Below, piece by piece: positions 25,849 to 41,720 of a stretch of 64,000 nucleotides of DNA. The stretch lies in assembly GCF_009914755.1 (NCBI RefSeq), contig NC_060941.1; one strand, given 5' to 3'. This DNA comes from the human T2T-CHM13v2.0 reference genome, Homo sapiens. Both the position numbers and the translations under genes were made by a program. The notes below the pieces were generated by a model, which was not told the DNA's origin, did not search any database, and worked only from the letters and a program-made list of their open reading frames with translations. How positions within the stretch are numbered: position 1 is the stretch's first letter; every line of letters starts with the position of its first letter.

Positions 25849-26820
25849 AGTGGCAGTGGTGGTGGCGGTCATGGTGATAGTGGTGGTGGTGATGGTAGTG
25901 ATAGTGGAGGTGGTGGTAGTAACGATGGTGGTGGTATTGATGGTGGTAGTGGTAATGGTGATGGTGGTGGTGGTAGTGGTGATGGTGATGGTAGTGTTGA
26001 TGGTGATCACTATGGTAGCGATGGTGGTGGTGATGATGGTGGTGGTGTTGGTGGTGGCAATGGTGGTGATGATGATGGTGGCAATGGTGGTGATGATAAC
26101 GGTCGTAATAGTAGTAGTGATGGTGATAGTGGTAGTGATGGTGGTGGTAGTGTTCATGGTGATGGTGATGTTCATGGTGATGGTGATGATGGTGATCATG
26201 ATAGTAGTGATGGTGGTGGTGTTGATGGTGATGGTGGTGGTGGTGATAATGGTGACCATGATAGTAGTGATGGTGGTGGTGGTGGTGATGGTGGTGCTGG
26301 TGATGATGGTGGTGGTTGTGTTGGTGGTGGTGGCAATAGTGGTGATGATGATGGTGGCAATGATGGTGATGATAATGGTGGTAATAGTAGTAGTGATGGT
26401 GATAGTGGTAATGATGATGGTGGTGGTAGTGTTCATGGTGATGATGGTGGTAGTGATGATGGAGGTGTTGGTGTTGGTGGTGGTGGTGTTGATGGTGATC
26501 ATGATAGTAGTGATGGTGGTGGTGGTGATGATGGTGGTGGTGGTGGTGATGGTGGTGGTGGTAATGGTGGTGGTGATGGTGACGGTGTTGATGGTGATCA
26601 TGATGGTAATGATGGTGGGGGTGGTGGTGATGGTGTTCATGGTGGTGGCAATGGTGGTGATGATGGTGGTAGTGATGGTGGTGGCAGTAGTAGTGATGGT
26701 GATGGCAGTAATGATGCTGGTGGTAGTGTTCATGGTGATGGTGGTGTTGATGGTGGTGGTGATGATGACGGTGGTGATAGTGGTAGTAATGATGATGGTG
26801 ATGAGGGTGGTAGTAATGGA
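25849..26820. repeat. ~970-bp degenerate (GGT/GAT/AGT/AAT)n triplet array with higher-order duplication
   Basis: Directly visible; gives stop-free poly-Val/Met (+), poly-His (-) and poly-Thr/Ile (-) frames in the ORF track. Confidence 0.97.
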
Positions 26821-27793
26821 GGCATGCTCTTGTTACTAGCAGCAGTGGTGGGAGTAACATGAAACATAGATAGACCAGCTAATTGGCTTTCTCAGTCTCT
26901 AAAATCCTCCCTTGCATTGCACTCCTTGCCTTCTGATCTTCTGGTTTGTAGAAATTGGCCAGAGCTCTGACCCTTTGTTTGTTGGTAGCAGCATCTGTAA
27001 AATGATATGACAGTCTTGTATTTATTTATTTTTGAAAGGATGTAAGGGAAACAGCTTCCCTTATTCAAACAAAACACAAAGTCCCCAAGGCTTTAAAACT
27101 GGAAGCTGATTCTCCAGGTGGGGAGATGGGGGTTGCCAGCAATGTCAACATGGCACCTGAGTTTCTGCTTTCCCCTCCCCCATCTCTCCCTCTGACTCTC
27201 ACATCCACAGCTATGTCAGCCTGGGAGTGAATTATTGTTTGTCCTTCAGAGCTCTGGCCCAAGTGTGGCCAGCTCTCTCTCTCTTGGCTTCCCTTAGCCC
27301 ATATGAGAGACTGGAATTTAAGTGTGGGAGAGACTAGGAAGAGAAAACCAAAAGGAAGACAAACAAAGAAAACACAGGAAGTTTAGGCAGCACCCAGATT
27401 ACAAAGCTGACTTTTCTGAGCCTTCACAGCTAACTCATTCCCAGGGCTGGCCACCTGTGTCTCAGTCCACATCTTGTCTAATAAGTTCAGGCAAATTGTA
27501 CTGAGACAATTTAAGAGACATCTCCAACGGCCACGCTCCAAGGAGCACCCAACTTGTCTTTATGTGGAAGGAGTCAAGTACTTCCCGTTTCATACTCCTC
27601 TCTTCATTTTGTGCCCCCAGAGCCCAAGCAAAGACTACCCATCTCAATAGCTCACCCAGCGTGGTCCCAGCACACCACAGTTTCATTTGCCTAGATATCT
27701 GGCAGCACTATGGCAACCACTGAAACGAATGAATGCACCTTTCAGGTGACTTGCCTGGCTCTTATCATTGGCCTGAGAGCATAACAATATCAC

Positions 27794-27824
<31 letters not shown>

Positions 27825-28110
27825 TTTTTAATGCACATCTCACTCTGTCACCCAGCCTGGAGTGCAGTGATGCAATCATAGCTCACTGCAGCTTGGACCT
27901 TCTGGGCTCAGGCAGGCCTCCCACCTCAGCCTTCCAGCCTCCCAAGGAGCTGGGACCACAGGTGCACACCACCATGCCTCGCTAATTTTTTGTAGAGATA
28001 GGGTCTCGCTATATTCCCTAGGCTGGTCTTGAACTCCTGGGATCAAGTGATTCCCCCACTTTGGCCTCCCAAAGTGCTGGGATTACTGGTGTGATCCACT
28101 ATGTCAGGCC
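27794..28110 (-). mobile_element. AluJ with (TTC)n tail
   Basis: J-type positions; flanking repeat atcactttct. Confidence 0.92.
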
Positions 28111-28274
28111 TATGAAATCACTTTCTAATGAAATTATCAACATTCACAAAAACACCCAAGCCAGCCATCACCATGGATGGCTTATGGCAGCAACAGGGTT
28201 GAAGAGCTTGGTGAAGGGATCAGCTTCAATCATCCCCCTTGATTCCCAGTGAAGTCAACATAGAAAAAATTTAA

Positions 28275-28641
<367 letters not shown>

Positions 28642-29137
28642 CAAACTGGTTACTTTCATGATAACTGAATTTCCTTTTGAAGCATTAACACACATGGTCA
28701 ATGGAGGTGTTGTGCAGTGCACTTTTCTCCTCCTTTCAGTTGGTGGTGTGTTCCCCGGGTGGTTTTGGGGAAATCTTGGCACTGAATACAAACAGCCAGT
28801 CCTCACTCTGACATTGTCAGCCAACGAGGGGTCTCCCAGTGTGGGAATGCTGCCCTGAGGGTGTTGCAAGACCCCCCATCTTCTCTGCTCAGCCCCTCTC
28901 AGCTCCACACTTTATTTTCCAGGACTGACCTTCTTGTAACTCTCATGCAATTGCTCCCTTTGGGACTCTTCTAGAAACACATTGATAAGGGACGAGAGGA
29001 TGAGAAGATGGAAAACAAGCCCAGGAAGAATATCTGGCTCATTTTTTCCTTTGCCGATCAAGTAACAATTTATGCCTGGTCAGGACAGACAGCAGATTTT
29101 ATTTATTTTGCTAGCCTCCTACCCTATTCCCATCCCA

Positions 29138-29155
29138 GGGGTGGGGCGGGGTGGG
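29138..29155 (+). other. Compact G-quadruplex motif with GC-box/CACCC sites
   Basis: GGGGTGGGGCGGGGTGGG: four G-runs with 1-nt loops. Confidence 0.7.
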
Positions 29156-30328
29156 CTGATATTTTCTTTCAAGGCTATACTAAAAATTCCAGCCTCCCTC
29201 CTGATTCTAACCCCAGGATTACCATTTCAGGCAGGCAGGACCTCCTTGTCATTCAGAAGACAGCTCCCGAAGCCAGCCTCTCCCCACTGCAATTTGGAGC
29301 AGCCTTGAAGCATTTAGAGGCCCAGGGGTCGGGGGAGGTACAAGATGTTCTCTTTTTCTCTCCTATCTCTCAAATGTGTTGCTTCAAGACTGCAGTTGTT
29401 TCTTTTTAGCAGAACATCGCTGACGAAACTCCTGATTGTCCCCTGGTGTTATCACTCCCTGTCACATAATAAGCCCTAATCTTTCTCCAGAAGTAAAACT
29501 GTTTCCATGCCCGATCCCTTAGCTGGTGGTTTTTTTGGAATCCCTCCAGAGAGTGGGAGTAGAGGTTCAGAGGGAAAGATGATAAAGCCTGGAAAATCCA
29601 CTGCCTGGGACCTTGAGGGTTAAGTCAGCCCAGATTTGGGAGAAGAAGATTGGCATTCCCCTGATCCCAGATGGAGAATACTAAATAACTCCCTTCAGCA
29701 AGTCAACTTGTTTGGTTATCTTGGAGTGTGGATTGGGGCTAACTCATCCTGGCCAGTCCTTCCGGATGTAGCCTTGCTCAAAATCAAGCCTTTTCCAGGA
29801 GTCTTGTTCTCTGGGGCTGCCTCCTCCCAGGCTGATAAAGAGTTTCATCATGGATGATTCAAGAGGTTGAGATGCAAGCTGTGGTGATAGCTAACGATGC
29901 CTCTAGCCCAGCTGACCTCACTTTCTAGCTGTTGACAGGTTCAGTCAGGCTGGCCAAACAGCTTCCAACCAGGCCAAGACAAATGGTCTCGGGCTTTCGC
30001 ACCCCCTTATCCCTCCAAGTCCTTCTTCTGGATGGCAGTTCACCTCTGAGAGTCCCTGCAGATCATCTGGAGTCCACCCCTTCTCCCATAGGCAAATGCA
30101 TAGACCAGGATAAATAAGACTGCTCCTATTTTCCATGCCCCACGTCATGATGATCTCGTCAGAGGCTGGCATCACCCTCTGGTCCCTCCTTACTTCTTCC
30201 CAGAGTCTCTCCTTCCCACTCGAACTGTTCCGGACCTGAGTAGGTGGTTTGGAGTCCTGACTCACTTTAAAAAGCATGCAGTAGGCCCAATCATCTTGTG
30301 TGTGTGCAGAGAAGACTTTAAACTAGTT

Positions 30329-30330
<2 letters not shown>

Positions 30331-30363
<33 letters not shown>

Positions 30364-30380
30364 ACACCCCCACACACACA
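30331..30380. repeat. (CA)15 microsatellite plus degenerate extension
   Basis: Directly visible. Confidence 0.97.
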
Positions 30381-30879
30381 GTGCCTCCAGCCTCTTCTCC
30401 AGCCAGGGATATGATGGGAAATGGAGGCCTCTTTATCATCCACGCAGTGGGTAGCATTGAGGGCCTCCAGCTCCTGGGGACCACTCAACTCCTCAGATCC
30501 TGAATACAGGACTGGAAGAGAAAAGAGATAACAGGCAAATCTGAAGTCTCCATGCAGTGACCAGACAGGCTGGCTCAGACAGGACACAGCGTTTTCTCCA
30601 TGACTTCTAGAGTTAAGCATCACTCTGGAAACACTGGAAGGAACAGGAAATGCTGGGGACATGTGGGGAGGAATCATACCCCCTTTCACCCACACAGCCT
30701 ATTTGTCGGGACCAGGGCTCCAACCAATGTGAAGCTTGGGTTGTATCCACACTGGGCTCAAGGCTGAGGCTGAAGCGGCGCCAGCTGCTCGTGTGGCAAT
30801 TCGGTCCACAGAGTTAAACCCCAGGGCCTTCATAATAATCATGAATCACACTCCCTGACTGCTGCATGACACTCTGCAG

Positions 30880-31030
30880 TTCTTAAAATGCTTCTTACAT
30901 ACATTGTTCAGTCCTCATGCCTTGCCTGTGAATGAGGCATTATGACCCCTTTTTCTTTTACAGAGATGGAAACTCAGCTTAGTAAAGGGCAGAAGGAGGA
31001 TACAAACCTGGAACCTCCAGCTCCAGATCC
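30880..31030 (-). mobile_element. MIR fragment
   Basis: ttttacagagatggaaactcagcttag core. Confidence 0.65.
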
Positions 31031-31125
31031 TTCGATCCTCCCCTGCAGAGGGAATTTAACTGTACTTGAGAATGGATAACGCTTTACTGACATGGGGAAA
31101 TGAAGCCTTCTAGGCACAAAGATGA

Positions 31126-31472
<347 letters not shown>

Positions 31473-31503
31473 CTTCTTTTAAGAATTTTTTAAAATTGTT
31501 TTG

Positions 31504-31799
31504 CAGCCGAGCTCTGTGATTCGCACCTGTAATCCCATACTTTGGGAAGCCAAGGCGGGTGGATCGCTTGTGCCCAGGATTTTGAGACCAGCCAAGGCAA
31601 CATGGTGAAACCCCATCTCCACAAAAAATACAACAATTAGCAGGGTGTAGTAGTGTACCCCTGTAATCCCAGCTATTTGGGAGGCTATGGTAGGAGATTG
31701 CTTGAGCCCAGGAAGTTGAGGCTGCAGTGAGCCATGATTGTGCCACTGTATTCAGCCTGGGCAACAAAGCAAGACCCTGTCTCAAAACAAATAAATAAA
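31504..31799 (+). mobile_element. AluJ
   Basis: ggattgcttgagcccaggaagttgaggctgcagtgagccatgatt J-type right arm. Confidence 0.92.
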
Positions 31800-31824
31800 T
31801 TGCTTTGCCTCAGCACATTGTAAA

Positions 31825-32118
31825 TTTTTTTTTTTTTTTTAGACGGAGTTTCGCTCTTGTTGCACAGCTGGAGTGCAATGGTGCGATCTCGACTCACCAC
31901 AACCTCTGCCTCCTGGGTTCAAGCGATTCTCCTGCCTCAGCCTCCTGAGTAGCTGGGATTACAGGCATGTGCCACCACGCCCCACTAATTTTGTATTTTT
32001 AGTAGAGACAGGGTTTCTCCATGTTGGTCAGGCTGGTCTCGAACTCCCATCCTCAGGTAATCCGACTGTCCCGGCCTCCCAAAGTGCTGGGATTACAGGC
32101 ATGAGCCACCACGCCCGG
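31825..32118 (-). mobile_element. AluSp-like
   Basis: Full reverse Alu; TSD cagcac(a/g)ttgtaaattt. Confidence 0.95.
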
Positions 32119-32429
32119 CAGCACGTTGTAAATTTAACTATTCATTCCGTTATGTTGTTAGTCCACAGTTATGGCAGAAATTGTTTAAATATATCTATAG
32201 AGAGAGAGAGAGAGATAGATATGTATATGTATTATAGCACTTCCTGTTCCTTCCAGCAATTCCAAAGCAATGCTTAACTCTAGAATTCATGAAGAAAACA
32301 CCACATCCTGAGCCAGCCAGCCTGTCTGGTAACTCCATGGAGACTTCAGAGCTGCCTTATGATCTCTCTCATCTCCTTCTAGAGTTGTTTTATTCCTTTA
32401 CATATACAAATACTATATGCAAGCATCAT

Positions 32430-32705
32430 ATATATTACTCCATAACTTCCTTTTCCCTTAGAACATAGAAAAATGCTGGAAATATCTTTCCATGTCAGGA
32501 AATAAGTGTGTATTGTTTTTGAATGGTTGCCTAGTATTCCATTGTATTGATATTATTGGACACTGATACTGTTTTCATTTTTTAGTCATTGCAAATGATG
32601 CTGTAATGAATCTTCTTCTGCACATATCTTTGTGCAGATGTTTGATCATTTCCTTAAGATAAATTCCTGGAAGTGGAATAACTTGGTCCAAACACACCAT
32701 GAAGG
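32430..32705 (-). mobile_element. L1ME-type fragment
   Basis: aatggttgcctagtattccattgta...caaatgatgctgtaatgaatc...gataaattcctggaagtggaat. Confidence 0.75.
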
Positions 32706-32709
32706 TTTT

Positions 32710-33072
32710 TTATATGGTTTGGCTGTGTCCCCACCCAAATCTCATCTTTAATTGTAGCTCCCATAATTCCCACATGTTGTGGGAGGGACCCAATGGGAGG
32801 TAATTGAATCATGAGGGTGGTTTCCCCCATACTGTTCTCGTGGGAGTAAATAAGTCTCACGAGGTCTGATGGTTTTATAAGAGGAAACCCCTTTCACTTG
32901 GGTCTCATTTCTCTCTTGTCTACCACCATGTAATATGTGCCTTTCACCTTCCACCATGATTGTGAAGCCTACCCAACCACATGGAAATGTGAGTCCATTA
33001 AACCTCTTTTTCTTTATAAATTACCCAGTCTCAGGTATGTCTTTATCAGCAGTGTAAAAATTGACTAATACA
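32710..33072 (+). mobile_element. THE1 (MaLR) solo LTR
   Basis: atatggtttggctgtgtccccacccaaatctcatc...ccattaaacctc...gactaataca; 5-bp TSD gtttt. Confidence 0.95.
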
Positions 33073-33103
33073 GTTTTCAATGTATTTCACCAAAGGATGT
33101 GCC

Positions 33104-33398
33104 TTTTTTTTTCTTTTTTTTGAGACAGAGTTTCATTCTTTCTTCCAGGCTGGACTGCAATGCATGATTTCGACTCACTCACTGCAACCTCCACCCCCCA
33201 GGTTCAAGTGATTCTCCTGCCTCAGCCTCCCGAGTAACTGGGATTATAGGCACCTGCCACCATGCCCGGCTAATTTTTGTACTTTTAGTGGAGACGGGGT
33301 TTCGCCATTTTGGCCAGGCTGGTCTTGAACTCAGGTGATCCACCTGCCTCACCCTCCCAAAGTGCTAGGATTACAGGCGTGAGCCACTGCGTCCGGCT
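33104..33398 (-). mobile_element. AluS
   Basis: Reverse Alu; TSD aggatgt(g/c)cctttt. Confidence 0.93.
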
Positions 33399-33669
33399 AG
33401 GATGTCCCTTTTAATAGTCCCAGCTACAGAAAGCTCAGTCAAAGGGCACACTAGCAGAAGAGGAGGTCTGGAGTCAGAGTGCAAGCCATGTCTGGGGGAA
33501 ACTTGTGTGACAGTAAGCAAAAAGTGAACTTTGATTTCTAGGGATTAAAGAGGTATTAAAGTTTTTGAGTACAGGATGACTTGGCCAGAAGTGGCAGAGG
33601 CTTCAGGAAGGACAAAGTAGGGGGTAAGGAGTGGAGAAGAGGAGAAGAATGAGGAAAAGATAGAAGAGG

Positions 33670-34640
<971 letters not shown>

Positions 34641-35158
34641 TGGAATGAAAGAGAGGGTTTCATCTAGCGTTTCATGAATCTGGGAGGAACTTCATCTGAG
34701 CCTTTGCGAAGGGCAAAGGTAGGAGTAGATCAAAACTAAGGGTTCACCAGACCCCAACCAGTGGCATTCACAGGCCTGGCCAGCAATGAATGTTTCCACT
34801 GAACTCCCGGCTTGACCTGTTTAAGCCTGACATTGGGGGGTAGGGGGCCAGTGTTTTTGTGAATGATGGAAATGAATGCACAGCATATGGATGGGGCCCA
34901 AAACAAAACAAGGAGCACACTCATGCTCTGTTTAAGGCAGGGGCACAGTGGTAGCTCTAACGATTTTTAAGTAAAATTCCAACCCCGAATAAGAAAGATC
35001 ACATCTTAGAGTATATTATGGGATGGTTATATCTGAATTACTTGCCTCTTAATTCAACAATAAAGTAAAGGCCTTTGGGCTGATACAAATGCCACGCTCC
35101 CTCCTAAAACATAAAATCTGAATTACAGAATAATTCCGGGGAGGTGGGCATTCTATTA

Positions 35159-35648
<490 letters not shown>

Positions 35649-36145
35649 CCAGTGGCAACTGATATGACAAATGGATTGAAATGCTACCACGTCCCCTCCC
35701 CACTCTCCATTACCACAGAGACACCAGCCAACCAAAGCCAGGAGATAAGGAAATAGCCATAAAGGACAGTCCGGTGGACACAGGTGCTCAGAGAATCGAT
35801 ATGCCAACAAGATTCTTCAATCCATCCAAGTTCCGAAGGGGAAAGGATGTGAGATGGGGAACTGGGGTCAAAGTTGCAAACAGACCAGTTTTGTCCTTAG
35901 GACAAGAGGCCTCCCTTCTCTCTAATTGGAGTTGCATCAGTCTGATACATGTTGATCCCACACACCAAAGTTCTTTTCTTTTCAATTTCCATTCCTAATT
36001 TTCTCACCTGCCTCGCCTGCAATCCTGGATAACCTCTAAGATGGACAGCTAGGTATATGCTCAAGCAGCCGTGAAACCAGGCAGAATGATTGGGAGACTC
36101 AGTCACCTGCACCTTCTCCTTCAACCACTTTGAAAAGTAGACAAG

Positions 36146-36662
<517 letters not shown>

Positions 36663-37084
36663 TTAACTGGAGTTGTACCACAGCCCAACAGGTCTAGTGG
36701 ACATAATTTTCCCCAAACAACTGTGATCAGACATACACATGGAAGGAAGGGAGGAAAGAAACTTCTCAATCACTCCTACTTCTTTTTAATGCAAATGACA
36801 TGTTCCTACTTAGGTGCCTTGGAACTCAGTCATTTGCATTGTTCAAATTCTAGGTACCTGCCATAAGTCTTATAACAAGCCACTCTCCACAATCACCCCA
36901 CAAAAGCTACAGGACAGCCTGTCACTCTAAGCTTTCAGATCAGTGCTTTGTTATTTCAGTAACCATAAAGGTCAAGACAATGATTTTTGGAGTCAATTGC
37001 CAAAAACCTAGCAGGGGCTCATTGCTTATAGAAGGCACTCATGCTGGTTGGTTTAATACTGAGAAATTTTAAAGCCTTACTGTA

Positions 37085-37640
37085 GTAGAAATTAGAGTTG
37101 AAGCCCCAGCAATCCTTCTATGTTTCCTCAATTGTGTAGTAGTCATGCGATTAAATGGAGATTGACCCCACCCAGAAGCAAGGTTGAACCAATCAGAGAT
37201 TGGATTCTTGTCCTCCTGCCATAATGATTGGTTTGCAATAAGTAAAGTCTGTGCCAATCAACATATGGCATTTCCATATCTGACTCCTGAGGGAAGATTT
37301 TGGAGGGTTTCTGAGGAAGTAAGTCTCTAACTTTGTCAGAGAGAGCTACCGAAACCAACCTTCTCACTCTAGGAGTGGTTTGATGGTAATAAACGTAGAG
37401 TGTTAGCCATGTTGCCACTCTAAAGAAAACTGGCCTGAAGATAAAGATGGTACCAATGTACACAAAGCAAAGAGAAAGTAAAACAGGTCCTTAATGACTT
37501 CATTGATCTGTTTGGAGCAAACCAACCCTGAATTCCACGTTACTCATTATCCTTCCAGTAGAGTAAGTCAATGAACCCCCTGCATTGTTTAAGCCAGTTT
37601 GAGGTAGGCTATCTTTTTGTTTACTTATTTTTTAAAAAAT
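37085..37640 (+). mobile_element. MLT1 (J/K-like) LTR
   Basis: gaaccaatcagag...gattggttt...gccatgttgccac...ttgtttaagccagtttgag. Confidence 0.7.
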
Positions 37641-38414
37641 AAGTCCTAGTAAATGGTTTCAATTTTTTAAATAATTAAAGATCTTTACCAGTATACTTAC
37701 CCAAACTGTCATCTGTTTGACAATTTTGCTCTTAATGATTAACAAAAGTAAGTTTTGGAGCCCTGGAGACTGAGATGAAAAATGAAATCTCCTCTTTGGA
37801 GAAGTATAGGCTGAGGAGTCCACAAAACTGTCCTGCCAGGCTTATATTGTCCAAGGTATTGAAGTACAATCAACTCTTAGTGGTTCTTGTTGAAGCATGG
37901 GGGGAAATGTCAGAGGAAACAGCAATGTATTATATACACTCTGGAAGACTGATTCATCTTTATATGTGGCTAAAGCTGGTATTAAAATGAATTTGCATTC
38001 TCTGAGCATAAAGTGTAGACCACTGTGAAAGACAGATGTCAAGGGTGGCTATGTGATCAAAACAGAAAATGGTAAGGAAATTAAATTTTAAATGAATATT
38101 TTAAATGTAAATAATCCCAATACTAATTGCTAAGAGAATTTTAGGCATTCTATTGGAATTAACCTATTTGCCATTTAGCTAAAACAAAGCATGAACTAGA
38201 TGATTGGTCTGCAAAAAGACTTCCTAGTTATTCTGACCTGTTACACGAGCAAAAGTACTGACAAGTTGATGCCAAATGTTCCTTTTGAAGATTTCATGAT
38301 TTATTGGCTATATTCCCCTAATCCAGAAATTAAGTTGTACTTTGTTCTTCGGTTCTCTAAAAGTGCAGAGTCAAGAAAATATGAGGTGTTCAAGAAATAA
38401 TGGTTATTTTGTTG

Positions 38415-38500
38415 GCTGGATAGATGGATGAATGGGTTGATGACAGGTGGATAGATAAATGAATGGGTGGGTAGATGGATGGATGAATAGACAGATGCTA
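38415..38500. repeat. Degenerate (TGGA)n
   Basis: Directly visible. Confidence 0.8.
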
Positions 38501-39089
38501 GGTGGAGCCGTCACTGGAAATAACACTAATCCATCTAGTCCTAAACATTTTTCCCCAAAGCAGGAAGTCTCCAGTTCTAGTCCCAAACATATTCTCCAAT
38601 AGCAGTTATCATTTGCCCTGGCCCTATAATTGTTATGCTCACAGATACCTCAAAAGATTCATGATAAGAGACTACCTCTAGTATCTTGGCCTTACCTGTT
38701 CCAGGATCTAATACATTTATGTTTTATTATTTTTTTCCTCCTCAGATAAAGATCTGTATGTGTCTTAGACTCACTGAATTCCAAACCAATCCATGTCGTC
38801 TTGCTGACTCCTCTAATTTTGTTAACAGAAATGCCATTTTCCTTTGCCAAGGCTCCAAATTAGAAATCATCATTGCTCCTCACTGTTCATTTGCCCCCCT
38901 CATGCAACTTGCAAGCCCTTAAGAGCCCACCTCTTCGTTGTCTTTCATAAAGCTCCCACCTTGCCATGTCTACTGCCACCACCTACTTTAGGGCCTCATT
39001 AACTTCTCCCTTAAACGGTATCAATTGCTTCTAAGTTGATGTCCTGAATTCCAATTTTTCCTCCACCATAAGAAAATAGGATACTATTT

Positions 39090-39900
39090 TTTTTTTAATA
39101 CTTTAAGTTCTAGGATACATGTGCACAACGTGAAGGTTTCTTACATATGTATACATGTGCCATGTTGGTGTGCTGCACCCGTTAACACATCATTTACATT
39201 AGGTATATCTCCTAATGCTATCCCTCCCAACTCCCCCCACCCCACGACAGGCCCCAGGGTGTGATGTTCCCCACCCTGTGTCCAGGTGTTCTCATTGTTC
39301 AATTCCCACCTATGAGTGAGAACATGTGGTGTTTGGTTTTCTGTCCTTGCAATAGTTTGCTGAGAATAATGGTTTCCAGCTTCATCCATGTCCCTACAAA
39401 GGACATGAACTCATCATTTTTTATGGCTGCACAGTATTCTATGGTGTATATGTGCCACATTTTCTTAATCCAGTCTATCATTGATGGACATTTGGGTTGG
39501 TTCCAAGTCTTTGCTATTGTGAATAGTGCCGCAATAAACATACGTGTGCATGTATCTTTATAGCAGCATGATTTATAATCTTTGGGTATATGCCCAGTAA
39601 TGGGATGGCTGGGTCAAATGGTATTTCTAGTTGTAAATCCTTGAGGTACCACCACACTGTCTTCCACAATGGTTGAACTAGTTTACAGTCCCACCAACAG
39701 TGTAAAAGCTTTCCTATTTCTCCACATCCTCTCCAGCACCTGTTGTTTCCTGACTTTTTAATGATCGCCATTCTAACTGGTGAGAGATGGTATCTCACTG
39801 TGGTTTTGATTTGCATTTCTCTGATGGCCAGTGATGATGAGCATTTCTTCATGTGTCTGTTGGCTGCATAAATGTCTTCTTTTGAGAAGTGTATGTTCAT
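39090..39900 (-). mobile_element. 5'-truncated primate L1PA (PA4-6-like), ORF2 C-terminus and 3'UTR
   Basis: ORF-track peptides match the L1 ORF2p C-terminus ([41 protein letters not shown]) but are frameshifted; 14-bp TSD ataggatactattt at 39076 and 39901. Confidence 0.97.
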
Positions 39901-40404
39901 ATAGGATACTATTTCAGTGGAACCCTTTGTTCCCATTGAAATCTTAATATGGAAGAAAGCAAAGTTACTCTGGATAATGCTGGAATTTAAGTATAGAAGC
40001 CAGCAATGCTTTGCTCTATGACTGCACCCAATGTAGTACCCTAGAGCTGAGGCCTCACTCCTGCTGCTGCTGCTGCTGGTGGTGCTCTCTGGAAGGCTGC
40101 CGAGTTGGTGCAGAAAGAGGAGAACTTGGAGATGCCAAAGGATGTCCCTTAGTCCTCATTGGGCTATTGTCACTTCTATAGCCTCAAAGCAATGGAGCAA
40201 ATTCTCCATACCCCAACACTGGGTCTCATAATGTCACCTAGATATACCTCATTTCTGACTTTGAACTTCTGCTTGCAGCTGCTTTTTCTATAGGGAATCA
40301 GGTTTGCATCTGGGGCCAAGCTAGGGAATGGTCACCATTCTGTTTGCTACCTATCCTTGTTTCCTCATTGCTCTCCAAGGGACCAAACCAATCCCCTCAT
40401 ATCG

Positions 40405-40481
<77 letters not shown>

Positions 40482-40525
40482 GATAGATAGGGTGGGTGGA
40501 TGGATAGATTGATACATAGATAGAT

Positions 40526-40581
<56 letters not shown>
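40405..40581. repeat. Compound tetranucleotide STR (TAGA)19-45 bp spacer-(TAGA)14
   Basis: Counted directly: 40405-40480 and 40526-40581. Confidence 0.98.
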
Positions 40582-40582
<1 letters not shown>

Positions 40583-40729
40583 TTTAAAATGGATATGAAA
40601 ATATCTGGGGATTTCACTGACCCACCAATTTATCAGACCAAAGCAGTCCAGGACAACTGCTATAATCTGTATCTCAAAACTTGTTTTCTGAATGGAAACT
40701 TGAAGATCGCCTTTAATATTTCACTCTTT

Positions 40730-41010
40730 CTTCCAGGATTTAGTTACTGGTTATACTGGTTCCACCTCCTCAATATCTCTTGTATTTGTCACCTTCTGGC
40801 CATCCCTGTTGTTCATCACCCCACTTTAGACCCTCACCATTTCATGCCTGGACTATTGCAATAGCCTGCTGATAGGTCTCTCTACTTCCCAAATCACCTC
40901 TTCCTATCCATTTGCTCTTAACATTACAGTTGAAAAATATAAACACAGCTGTTTTATTCCTCAGTTTAAATTTTTCAGTGATTCCCTTTGGCCTAGGGAT
41001 AACATCCAGA
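40730..41010 (+). mobile_element. L2 fragment
   Basis: ttccacctcctcaatatctc...catttcatgcctggactattgcaatagcctgctgataggtctc. Confidence 0.75.
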
Positions 41011-41099
41011 CTCGTTTTATTATCTGGCTCTTGCTCCTGTATTGGTTTCCTGTACTCTTGTCTCCCCAGTAATTCTTTTGCAAATTGGCCACATCACCC

Positions 41100-41720
<621 letters not shown>

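Noticed and set aside
25760-26860. Longest ORFs (359, 361 and 308 aa; poly-Val/Met, poly-His, poly-Thr) as protein-coding genes
   Set aside because: They are alternative readings of one simple triplet repeat; the lack of stops follows from composition, and there is no domain or exon context
39141-39936. ORFs resembling a reverse-transcriptase-family protein C-terminus
   Set aside because: Frameshifted L1 ORF2 remnant in a 5'-truncated L1PA; not a functional CDS
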